This document shows, one piece after another, positions 52,464 to 64,000 of a stretch of 64,000 bases of DNA. The first letter of the stretch is position 1. The number at the start of each line of letters is the position of its first letter. The translations under genes were made by a program, and so were the position numbers. The notes under the pieces are model-generated. The model ran no database searches and was not told where the DNA came from. It saw only the letters and a program-made list of their open reading frames with translations. This DNA is from Auanema rhodensis (Eukaryota > Animalia > Nematoda): positions 5,642,001 to 5,706,000 of the forward strand of contig OZ059894.1 in assembly GCA_964057225.1 (NCBI GenBank), read 5' to 3'.

Positions 52464-52692
52464 ACTAAAAAAGTATTAAAATTAAAATATTTAATATTAA
52501 CCATCAAAAACTTAAGCTTAAAAAAATTAAAATTTCAGTATTCTCGTCTAATTGAAAATACGATAGATATCTTACGACTAGTGCAAATACTATTTTTAAT
52601 CCAACGTCGGCTTATTCAAAATTAGTTATTTTGGAAGCATTACTTTGCGCTTTTACTTGATTTATCACGAAAGTGAAACTGTATCACTCTAA
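52464..52692. promoter_or_regulatory. Probable bidirectional promoter between algn-5 and ints-5
   Basis: Only 229 bp separate the divergent ATGs (52463 minus, 52693 plus). Confidence 0.65.
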
Positions 52693-55600
52693 ATGGAAGG
52701 AGGAGTAGAGTTTTCTCCGTGCTCCGCTGAATCCGGCGAGGTTGGTAATTCTATTACCAGTTTTAATGTCTTGTTTTAGTTGCTAGAAGTGGGCGAAATT
52801 AGAGATGAAGAGGGTGAAGCTGACTTAGGGGAGATATTTGATGAATCCTTAGTTACTATAGATTCTACTGATATGTTTAATGAGTCTGTTGAATGGGACA
52901 CGGTAGAAAATTTGCTTAATATCACATAAGTTTATTTAAAACTTTAGAAATATGATGAGGTTAGGATTGTTCAAGAGAAATTTCTAAAAATTGCAACTAT
53001 TGGTGATTTATCTAGTATATATAGAAATAGACCTATTTGGACCGCTGTTCCTGCTTCTGATCTGATTGAACCTTGCATAAATATATGGAATATTTTACCA
53101 ACTGCTAGGTTGTTAAGTTTGAATATTCTTCTCAGTAAAAATATTTTTTCAGAGCAGCTGCAATGGGTTTCACAAGTCTTCTTATTCATGAGAATACGCA
53201 TTTATTTTTTACAGGAAAAGAAAATGCTCAACTAGGTTTCAGTTTTTCGTTATACTCTGGAGTACAAGTGAATTTCAGCCGGGACAGATTTCTCATCTGT
53301 TGAAAACGCTGCTTTAGCCCTTCTGAAGTTTATGAATGAATATGCTGGTAGTTGCGGAACTGATTTGACTGCTGAAGTGTTGAGGGTTTTTTTTAATTCG
53401 CAGAATGTTTTCTATTTATGTATAACTTAAGTGGTGTTGTGCTACCGGTAGTGAATTGAGCGAACAGAATAAAGGTAGACTCATCGCAGATAATTCAAGA
53501 TCACCAAAACAATTATTTGATCTTTTCTTAACTGTTTCTTCAGTTAAGGAATTAATTCATTTACTAAACTCCCTAATCAGAAAATTGTTTGTTTTATTAC
53601 TATGTAATTCCTAATTTATTATTTACTTATTTTAAGGCTCGACGAAGATCCTGATAAATGTATGACTGTGCTATTTGAAGCTTCAAGATTCGGAGCAGAC
53701 TTCAATTGGATTTGGCAACATATTGTGTATGTTCTTGTTTACGTTTCAATTATTTATTCTTACCAATTTTTTAGCTCTGCTTATACGGATGCAATAGTAA
53801 ACTATATGTTCCTGGTAGGATCTCAACAATTTCATATATTCGTATATAATCTTAAAAAGAAAGATAAAGAGCAGGTATATCACAAAAATATAGTTCTTGG
53901 GTTATCTGTAATTTCAGGTTCATCCTGCAATACTGAACTCAATGCTTGACGACTATAATCGAAAATTTTCTTTTTTATCCGAAGTTTTTAATTTTATATC
54001 TCACAAGGGCAATTCTGAATTGAAAAACAAAGTGTCTCGTATGATTCAAGTTAGTTTTTTAAATCTTAAAATTTAATGAATTTAACAATTAGGAAAGCTT
54101 GGAAAATGATAACTCTGATCAAAAAAATCAAAATTTGAATATGGTATACTTTTTCAAGCTTGTTACTTGTTCTGCAGAAACTCTTCGAATTTTGATCAGT
54201 CAATACTTACATCTAGGTATAAATCACAACATTTTGAAAATTCATTAAAGAAAACAATTGCAGCCAATCCTATAAACTTCATTCGTGGCATTCACCAAGT
54301 GCTCTCGGTTGATAAACGTTTGGTTCTCCCAACATTGTCATACAGTGAGTTTTCGGGACAAATGCTGGCAGCGATTGATTCAAAATCACTGGGAATAATT
54401 TTCAAAGTTATCGCTTATATTGCTTTTGACGATAATATATTCAATGGTATTAATAATTTGTTTTATTTTTGATGTATCATCATTTAAGGCTTGAAATATC
54501 TGGGTAATGATACTATTTCAATTATAAAAAAGTCTGCTCTAATAGCCGTAGAGACTGTAATCAACTCAATTTTGAACATCGCCCATAATAATGAAACAAG
54601 TGTAGATGATCCACCACTTCGTGCTTTTGCTTCTGATGCAGAATTGCAATTCATTATCGACGTAGCTGTAAACAAATTAGATTCGTGAGCTTTATTTTTT
54701 TTTTCCTTATAATCTCTATTATTCAGGACTCCTATTCTATTAAGATATCTACATTCACTCACAATAAAATTAGGAGAACTGAAAGGTGCTGAAATCGTTG
54801 CCAGAATTTTGTTTATTTGCGAAGACAAGACAAAGGTTTTTAATTCAAAGTTTCAAAGCTATGTTTGAATCCCCCTTTTAGCTTTCCATCATTCCTGCGT
54901 TTCTATATACAATATGCCCTTTTTATCCCAACATAATGCAAGTGATGTACCGTAACTTATTGGCTTTCCGAAGTGCTTTCCTTGAACAACGCCAGTGTAT
55001 TTTTCATTGAGTTCTATATTATTTAATTTGGAGTTTTTGTAGCAGAAGACATTGATATTTTAATAGTTGCAAATCTTCAAATTATCTTGAGTTGGGAAAT
55101 TTCTTCGGAAGAAAACAGTCCTCACAAATACTTTAGGTAATCGGTTTCTTTTACCATCAACTGTGTCTTTTCTAGATTTAATCCTGGGTTTTATCTTGGT
55201 GAGTTACTTGCTGATTTGCTTTCTACTACATTAGAATTCATAGCTGAACAGGTCAGTTAAATTTATTACAGTTGAATTTTTTAAATGATTTTATAGAAAG
55301 TTAAACATAATCTGGAAAAAGTTAGATCTATATTACATGCGTTCATCAAACTCTTAACATCTTTATCTCCTTCCAAAACGTCTCAGATAGGTAAACAAGG
55401 ACAGGTATGTAGCTTTACTTTTAAATTATTATCTAGTATTGGTACTTAGATTCGAACTATTCTATTCACTGGTCGTTATGCTTACAAAACTGCTATTCAA
55501 CTTGCTGCCATTGTAAAATCTACTTTAATTGACACAACTTCTAGTATTTGTTTTACATATCTGAGTTTAAATAGGAAAAAAATTACTTTCAGAGAATTCA

Positions 55601-57008
55601 GATGACCTGAAGACGTTCCGTCGACTCTGCTCTGCCATTTTAGATTTTTATAGTAATTATTGTAATGCTCTCATGGATAGTTTTTTTACTTTGTTTATTC
55701 AATCCTATATTATAGGATGCATGCAGGTTAGGCAGCTATTTTTTTATTTCATTTACGAACAATATTAAGGATTCTAATCTACTTTTTGGCGAAGATGTTA
55801 TGCTTAACCCCTGGATTGATCCTTCTGTTGATAAAGAAGCTGATATAGATGTTTTTATATGTGTTCGTGCAAAATAGATTTGAAAGGTTTAGGATGAGTA
55901 CTCATTCTTGGATGCTGTAGAGAAAATGTCCGTCAGAAAAAAAGTGGTACAACTGGCTCATTCTGGAATCATTGGAAAAGGTGCCAGACGTCTTCACCCT
56001 CTGTCTACTGCAACAGTACAGTGCACTAGAATATTTCATCTCATAATTTCTACTTAAGGTTGATCAATATTTCCGAAGAGAAGTATTTGTGGATAGTATT
56101 AGAACACTTTGCATCGGGGAAAATGTAGCTACAAACATTTCTAATTGTAAAGTTTTAGTATGTTAACGGTCGTTTCGAACAGCAGTAAACATTTTTTTAG
56201 GCAAATCTTCTAACTGAATTATTCTGCCAAGATGCATTGTCTGGAGAAATGCTTTTCGGGGAATGGGAGCTAGAGAAGGAAACAATAGCAAGGTATGATA
56301 TTTTCATGTATGGTCGCAACTTTATGAATTCCTGTAGATACTTGGAAATTTTGCATCGCTATAATGCTAGTTCAGTAGGTAGAAGTCTTCTCAATATTGT
56401 ATCCGAGAACAAACCTTGTTTATGGTATTGTTTACCAATACTGAAAGCTGTGCTGGCCTCGATTTTGGTTTGTATTATAACTATTTTGTTAATATATCGT
56501 TTTTTTTTAGAATCGTTTTGAAGGTGCTGTGCATAAGAGTAATCCTCCCTTACCATCTGATGTTGACCAATTAGATTCGTTAGTATTCTTACTAAGGCAA
56601 GCTGATTTGTTGCCTCAAAAATTTGAAATTCTGCTAGATATTGTTCCCGAAGTTTCGAATTATGAAGGATTCTTACTTGTAATGGAAGTGTGGAAATATT
56701 ATCAGGTTTGTACTTTTTCAACCCAATATCTGTACTTCTTTCTCAGAGAAGAACTATAACTATCAGTTTGGTAAATCAAGCAGTGATATCTATGCAGAAA
56801 AACAGCTCGTTAGATACTTTGATGGTTAGTGTTCCTGGATTTATATGTATAATATATATATATATATATATATTTACAGGATAGTTGGGAAGGAGATTTT
56901 GAAGTTTATCGTCTAGTAATTCAAAAACATATCGTCAAATTAGGATATCTGTTTCCTATACTTTTCAAATCTGAAATAGAAGCTTTATCGAAGAATGGGT
57001 CTTCATAG
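52693..57008 (+). CDS. ints-5: Integrator complex subunit 5 (INTS5), >25 exons
   Basis: In-phase exon chain. LPTARAA and [39 protein letters not shown] resemble the INTS5 N-domain. C-terminal [37 protein letters not shown] resembles the INTS5 C-domain. Confidence 0.85.
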
Positions 57009-57347
57009 CATAATGTGATAGTTCTGTGATTGCACTTTGGAAGTTTTCACTAATTTTCTTTTCAGGAATATGTTATTGCTCTATGAGCTTTTAATATTAA
57101 TATAACTGTTTATTTGTTATTCCTTGTTTCGCGTCACTGAATTCTGTTAATTTCGATGTACAGCTCGGTTTATGTTCTGATCTCTTTTTACGGTTTTTTA
57201 ATATAGTTTGTAATAAAAACAATTCTAAGATTTGATACATTTACAAGACAAGTGTAAGAATACTCTGAAAAAAGCTCGTTATTATCAGTGTTATCATATC
57301 TATTTTGATGGCAACGTTGCATTCCTATACATATTGATTACTCTAAG

Positions 57348-58521
57348 ATGTTCCCGATAGGTGTGGTCAGCTCCTCTGGTATTTCAAATATGAGTAAGAT
57401 TTATTATATTTATACTAGTTAAACTTCCACCTGTATAGATGGACGAGTACAAAAAACACCTATTGCTGATTTAACATTTGGAACGTATTCTGGAGGGGAA
57501 GATCATATACGTAATAAGTTAGCCTGCTTATATCGTTTGGTTGATCTCCATAGTTGGAGCCAAAGTATATATAACCACATCACGGTATTGTTAGAATCTG
57601 AACTCGTTAAATTTCCGTCTATCAAGGTTCGTCTTGCCGCATCTGAAAGGGACGAAATACTTATTAATCCATTCGGATTGCTTTACCATGAGATAACTGC
57701 AGCTAGTTTGATAAAAGTAAATTTAGACGGTGATGTTTTAGATCCTGGCAATACTGGATTAGGAATTAACCAGGTTCTATTCAAGAATAACCTTCAAAAA
57801 GAAATCAATATGTTTATTATAGGCAGGATATATTCTTCATTCTGCCCTCCATGCTGCTCGACCAGACGTTCAAGTCATTGTTCACCTTCATGTTCCATCT
57901 GTAGCTGCTGTCGCTTCTATGAAATGTGGATTGCTTCCCATTTGCCAAGAAGCCATGATCGTGGGTGAAGTAGCTTATCATGACTATCAGGTTAGGAGTT
58001 GATGAAGGACAAAAAGGAAATATTCTCATATATCATTAGGGCATTTTGGTTGATGCTAACGAGAAAGCATCTTTGACCAAGGATTTGGGATCGAAAAATG
58101 TCATGCTTTTAAGAAATCATGGTTTTGTTGTTTGTGCTTCAAGCATTGAAAAGGCTTTCTTGCTTACTTACCATCTTATTATTGCATGTGAAACACAGGT
58201 GTTTTTGCTTTTCATGATCTCTAATAAAGGAACAATTATATATATATACAGGTTAAAGCTTTTGCTGCCGGCTTCAATGGTATTAATGTACCATCTGCTG
58301 AAGCAGCACATCGCGCTTTTCACACAGCTTCAGGAGGAGGCGGAGGGGTGAATCGCCAAGCTGATGGTCATGTTGAGACAACTAAGTGGGGTGTGGGTGA
58401 GCTGGAATGGGAAGCTTATATGAGAACATTGGATAATATGGTATTGTTCAATCAAAGATATTTAAATATAATTTTATTTCAGAATTTGGGCACTGGACAT
58501 CAATATCGTAGAGCCATGTAA
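57348..58521 (+). CDS. Adducin head/neck-only protein (class II aldolase/adducin domain; add-2-like), 7 exons
   Basis: [95 protein letters not shown]. Ends ..GHQYRRAM* with no MARCKS-like tail. Confidence 0.92.
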
Positions 58522-58631
58522 AGCTCATTTCACACTTGTTTTATGTGTGAATGAGCAGTAAAACGTGATTTAAATTTTTTAGCGCTGTGCTATATAGTCC
58601 AGATATTGTAGTCACAAGCATCACCGTAAAT

Positions 58632-61044
58632 ATGAAAGCATTGCGCTTTTTCTGTCTCATCCTTTTGATATCTGTAGTCCATGCTGAAATAGGTTGTGAG
58701 GCTAATTGGCACGCCTTTGGGCAACATTGTTATCGTGTAGGATTTTTTGTTTATTTTTATAGAAATTTTTGTTTAATCTGTTCAATATTTTGTATAAAAC
58801 ATTTCTCTATAGCATTATCTTGGGAAACCAGTAACATTCGATGAAGCAAATGAAATTTGTGTAAGTAATGGTGGCCATCTAGCTTCTATCAACACCGTGG
58901 AAGAATCTGCTTTCATATTCAGTAATTTTTCAAACAAGAAGCTTCTGTAATACAGTAACGTAAAGATATTTCTTCGACCGGAGGACAATTCCCATTTGAT
59001 GGCCAGCCATGGGTAGGATTCAAGAAACTCAATAAAAAGTGGCAATGGATTGATGGATCTACTGGCTCTGGAGTGCAATGGGCTCCAGGAGAGCCAGATA
59101 ACAACCGGGGAAATGAATGGTGTGTTAAGGTATTAAGGATTTGAAACAGGTATAGAAATAATTATGTATTTACTAGTATGTGCCTGATATGGCTATGGAT
59201 AATGCGATGAAAATACGATATTACAAAGGTAAAACAAATGTTCTGAACGATGTGCCTTGTGAGAGAGCTACTACAAGATTTATTTGCAAGAAGCCACAAC
59301 ACGTAATACCAAAACCGTTAATTCAAGCTAGAATAGCTGCTGTACCTAATGGTAATCAGACTTAAATTTGGATACAACAACAATCTTTAGATATTGACTG
59401 TGAAAATGGATGGAAAGGATTATCTAGCACTGGCTTCTGCTACAAGGTTTGAATTCGTACCTATTCTTATCTAATATTAAAATATTCAGCATTTTTCTGA
59501 TTCTTCAGTTACTCAAGCTGGTGCTGAAGCTATTTGTGAGCAGCAAGGGGGACATCTGACTTCAATAACTTCAGAAGAAGAACTTTGTTTCGTATCTGGT
59601 TATTTAAGTGCATATTAGATATAATGAAAAAACCATCTACAGAGCTCTCAAAAACCGGAAAAATCTGTGAGTTTGATGATCAACCATGGATAGGTTTAGT
59701 AAAATCAATGTGTGGAAAATGGAGCTGGACTGATGGGGAAGATAGAAAAGTTATAAAATGGGCTCCTGGAGAGCCAAACGGAAATTTTGATTCTGACGAG
59801 AAATGTGTGAAGGTATTGTTTATTCAAATATGGAACTTCTTCAGAAACAGTATTTCAGCTTGTTGTTGATGTAGCTGTTAATTCTAGAAACGAAGTTGTT
59901 TACAACAACTTGACAGAAGTTTTGAATGATGTTCCTTGTGATCGTACTAGTACACGCTTCATTTGCAAAAGATTGTTGGCTTTCAAGCCAAAGATTCAAG
60001 TTCGTCCACCATTACCTACCGTTCCAATACCCGAATGCCCAAAAAACGCGGAAAAAGTTAGTGGTAACTGCGTATGTGTAAAAGGTTCTGTGGATATTCG
60101 CGATACAGACTTTCCTGAAAAGGACAATTATGAACATGTAGGTAGTGAACTTTGGGAGAGAATTTTTTAAATTTTTAGGGAGAAGTGTGTATTCCAAAGA
60201 ATCCTTGTCAAGAAGTGGATATCCCAATATCCATTGTGTTTGTAGTAGACTCATCAGGATCCATAGGTGATGATTGGGTATATGTAGGTTTTTTATATTA
60301 TGGTTTTTTTTCAATTAAAAAATTTAAACTTGATGTGATATATGATAATTATAGGTTCTTGAATTTTTGAAAAACGCGGCTGAAATAGTTCCTAAAAGCT
60401 CTCACGTTGGATTTGTCAAATACTCGAATGATGTCTCTGCGTCATTGTGGCTTCCAAATCCTTGGACCGAAGAACAATTCGCAAACTCCATTCCAGCTGA
60501 ACATGATCAAGGCCTCACGAACACACCTGCGGGTTTGAAAAAGGCACAAGAAATGCTTCAGGTTTAGAAATAATGAATAACAACAAAAAAAAGTAAAACA
60601 ATTAGAAAGATAACCATAAATCCAAAATAGTGGTACTTGTTACTGATGGAATTCCCCAAATCGAGGGATATAGTTTAGCTAGAGCCAATGAAATGTCTAT
60701 AGCTGCTGTAAATGAGGTGGTATTTTAATAATATAATAATATAAAGTTTTTAATTTCAGCTAGATAAGGATGATATCAAGATTTTCATTATGGGCATTGG
60801 TCAATATATTAAGTCAGCCGCTAACTCCATAAAATCTTGGGTTAAAAAGCCTGAAGATTATTTTCCGTATCATCAATCTATTTCGGTACATTTACAATAT
60901 ATCAAATTAGAAGAAGTTGAACGATTTTTTATATGTTTCTTATTATTGCAGATGTTAACCAATCTTCACATGCGCAATGTTCTGATGAAAGTTTGCGATC
61001 AAGACCAAATCCGAGAATATCTCAATCATCCTAAAGCAATTTAA
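58632..61044 (+). CDS. Secreted C-type lectin: signal peptide, 2 CTLDs, EGF-like Cys cluster, VWA domain
   Basis: Signal peptide MKALRFFCLILLISVVHA. CTLD1 GGHLASI..PWVG..WAPGEPD..C..LNDVPC..FIC. CTLD2 GGHLTSI..PWIG..WAPGEPN..LNDVPC..FIC. VWA IVFVVDSSGSIG..GLTNT..VVLVTDG (intact MIDAS). Confidence 0.92.
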
Positions 61045-61279
61045 CATGCAATTACATTTAAGAACGTAATATTTTGTTATTAAGAAGTAATAAACTTTTC
61101 TCTATTTGAAGCTATTCTTTTGAAAAATCGATTTGGAATCTGCTGATTTATCGGCCTTTTCAAAAACACAGCTTGAAAAAAAAGATTTTATTTATATGAG
61201 TTGTAACAAGAATTTATTGTTAATCAAATAAATTATATTGTTAAAAAATTAATCTGAAATATCTTCTATAATGTAGGTT

Positions 61280-62124
61280 TTAGAAAATATTTGAAAGATC
61301 CTCAGCTAGTTCGCTGTAGCTTTTATGACTAGATAAATCGGAAGCCGCACTTCTCTTTGAAACAAGCATTTCGCGTTCTTCGGCAGGGAATATAGTTTCC
61401 AGGTTAAGAACTCCAATGTCAAACACCTTTTGAGGAGTCTTTCCTCTGGTGATGTAAGATTTGGGCAGAGCGAATTTCACTTTACGAGATCCAGGCTTAA
61501 ACACCACTGTTAATATTACAACGAATGCTCTTTTTCTATTTTCATGTAATTTCAATTAAGAATACCTTGATTCCATCATCGCAATCGTGATAAACCTTAA
61601 AGACGGGGTCGATGGGAGTAGCTTCTGCAGTCCCTCCACCGAGCTTGAATTCTCCCTTAGAGTCAGTGTATCCCTGGTCGAGTAAGTCATCTGGATCTGG
61701 CCCTAAAACAAATTGATCAGCGTTTGAAAATTTAATTTAAGTTTTATTTTAATAGCTAAATATTACAATAAACACTAACCAGAGTCCTCCTCCCACAATT
61801 TCACGCGAACCTTTTCAGCAGGCTTAGCTCCACACATCAATTTACCCTTAAAAGAGAAAATTAACATTATTCTAAAAGCTGAAGACTAAAATAATTTCTT
61901 TTTAATTAATCAAACGATGTAAGCGTCATCGAGATCACTTGAATATTTTCATTTATCATTTATAGTTGTAGCTAATTATTGCATTTTTTTATCTAAAGAT
62001 ATATCATGTTCATATATATCGTTTTTAACTATTTGTCTTCGAATTCATTTACCTTAATGGCAATAGATTGGTCTAGAAGAGCAAGAGTAGTTCCAACAAA
62101 AGCGAGAAGAATAAGATACTTCAT
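61280..62124 (-). CDS. Nematode transthyretin-like (TTR-52 family) secreted protein with C-terminal extension, 4 exons
   Basis: Signal peptide MKYLILLAFVGTTLA; QSIAIKGKLMCGAKPAEKVRVKLWEEDSGPDPDDLLDQGYTDSKGEF.L.G...E.TPIDPVFKVYHDCDDGIKPGSRKVKFALPKSYI. Confidence 0.95.
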
Positions 62125-64000
62125 GATGATCTGAATGAAATTTTCTGATTATGAAAAATATAATGAAAAAGCATAAAAGTGCCGAATCAGAAGCATACTA
62201 AAAATTTTTAAGAATTTAAGATTCTAAGAATTTTTTTTTATGAAAGTCGTTCAAATTTCTAAAGCTATAAGTAAGATAATTTGAAAAATTTCAAAGCTAA
62301 AGAATATACATCAATTCAAACTGTTTAATAAGGATACGATTTAATTTTACACTAACACATTTCACTACAATTATAGCACATCGTCAAATGGCAGAAAAAA
62401 AGTTATTAACTGCTGACATTGGTTAGATATAAAGTCAGCAACTATTATAATCTGCTAGTTCATCAAAGTATTCCGAAAAAAAAAATTTTTTGCCTATATT
62501 TATAGACAATGATAAAATACTGTAGAAACGTGCTCTCATTGATATTGATATTTTTGTGTTGTTGTCAATCACTTTGTGCTTATCGAATAATCATTTCTTT
62601 ATCAATTTGAAGGATATTATTATGAATAAAGCTGTTTTAATGATTAGAGAGTCCTTCACAATTATCAAGCTATAAACTTTAAACCATAAAATATGTCTAT
62701 ATATTTTCTATATTCATGTATATGTATATACATAGATATATATTGTAAATATATGAAAAAAGACTATATATTTTGAGAATTTAACATTTTTAAATTCAAA
62801 AAGAGAAGTTAATTAGTTTGATAATGAGATAAAACCAATGTTGATATATAATTGTTTTAAATGAGGCAAAAATGTCTGGATGGAAGTTGAAAAATTCTAT
62901 CTTTCTCGGTTCTATTGAGATTTTGTGATCTAGTTCGACCTTTAAAGCATTAATATCCAGTATTAATTGCAAATTCGCAACTCTATCTCAAAAATTGTTA
63001 AAATGTTTAAGAATATTTATTATATTATGACTTTCATCTCATTTCATATTCCTTCATATAAAATATGATAAGATCTACTTTAAGAATAGTTTGAAACTCT
63101 TAGGCACAAAATATCAAAAATTAATGAAATAGTTTTCAAAAGAATTGAAATAATCTTTTTGAAATAAAATTGCGTCAATGTTGGTTTTTCAATACCTTAT
63201 GCATATTTGAAGTTTTTTGAATAAAAAAATATATGGAGAAGTTCATATATGTGTTCCAAAAATTATATATACGTGAATGTTTCTGGTCAGATGGATGATT
63301 CATCATAAAATATATTGTATCTTAACATGATATTCATTATCTTTTTCAAATTAAAAACCGAGTTCTCTTGGAATTTTATAGATGAAAAAGAACAACTTCT
63401 TCTTTACATGCTTCATGAACATAAGGAATTTAGGGATTCTTCTTGTTGTAGCTAGCATTAATTTTTCTATTATAGAATGTTTTAGAATAGCTAAACCATG
63501 AAAATACTCAGTAGTTGTAATCTAAGATGTTTTGCTATTGAATAGTATGAGAAGTTAGATCCAGACAGATTTTGGAACAGATAACTTGTTGTTGATACTT
63601 TTTAAGATATAAGAAATCTAGAGCACAAAATAAAAAAAATATTAAACTTTCAAATACTTCAATAAAGGTCACAATCATCAAAAATCAGCATGGAAGCACA
63701 TTACTAGTAAACTACATGTTAGCTTTTCAATGAACTACCAATGTCATTTTGAAAAAAAAATTAGAGGTGAACTCCGAATTTAAATATTTTTAATTAAATT
63801 TGTAATTAGAACAAGAATTGCCAAAGAAAAAATGGATGTTGAAACCAGTATTTAAATATTCTAACAAAGAAACTTTAAATGAAGTTTATTTCAAGACATA
63901 TAGCGTAAATTGGTTTTAAAAACATTTTAAAGCAGATTTTGAATATAAATCTAATCATCATGATCATCATCCATCATGTGACGATCAGCTCTTCTTTTGC

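Noticed and set aside
1-64000. Transposons, CRISPR, rRNA/tRNA, horizontally acquired bacterial genes
   Set aside because: No transposase/RT motifs, long terminal repeats, spacer arrays or long intronless ORFs were seen; short MITEs cannot be excluded without a genome-wide search.

Overview
AT-rich eukaryotic genomic DNA from a rhabditid (clade V-like) nematode. Genes are split by very short (~42-50 nt) GT-AG introns, and many ATGs are preceded by TTTCAG/TTTTAG-type (trans-)splice acceptors. I assembled 14 intron-containing genes by hand. In order: an FMRFamide-receptor-like (FRPR-type) GPCR with a ~13 kb gene-poor upstream region; an RNF26-like TM-RING ligase; a secreted CTLD/mucin/DUF5648-like protein; an unknown coiled-coil protein head-to-head with an MSP-domain gene; neuropeptide precursors nlp-13 and nlp-9, separated by ~15 kb of non-coding DNA; a minus-strand algn-5 > rpac-40 > OPA3-like cluster divergent from a plus-strand ints-5 > adducin-head > CTLD-CTLD-VWA cluster; and a transthyretin-like gene. 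The most unusual signals are in the OPA3-like gene. Its start codon and nearest upstream acceptor lie in two adjacent hairpins. Its last intron holds up to four in-phase alternative terminal exons. A 14-bp perfect intron-exon duplex covers the UAG stop and brackets the last 3' splice site, making it a candidate splicing switch or A-to-I amber/W recoding site. Other oddities are a probable non-AG (TTTTTCGG) 3' splice site, a 1-nt frameshift in the CTLD/DUF5648-like gene, overlapping convergent 3' ends, a multi-exon apparently non-coding unit and two orphan GC-rich hairpins. I recognised no tRNA, rRNA, transposase or CRISPR. Gene names rest on remembered family motifs, not database searches.
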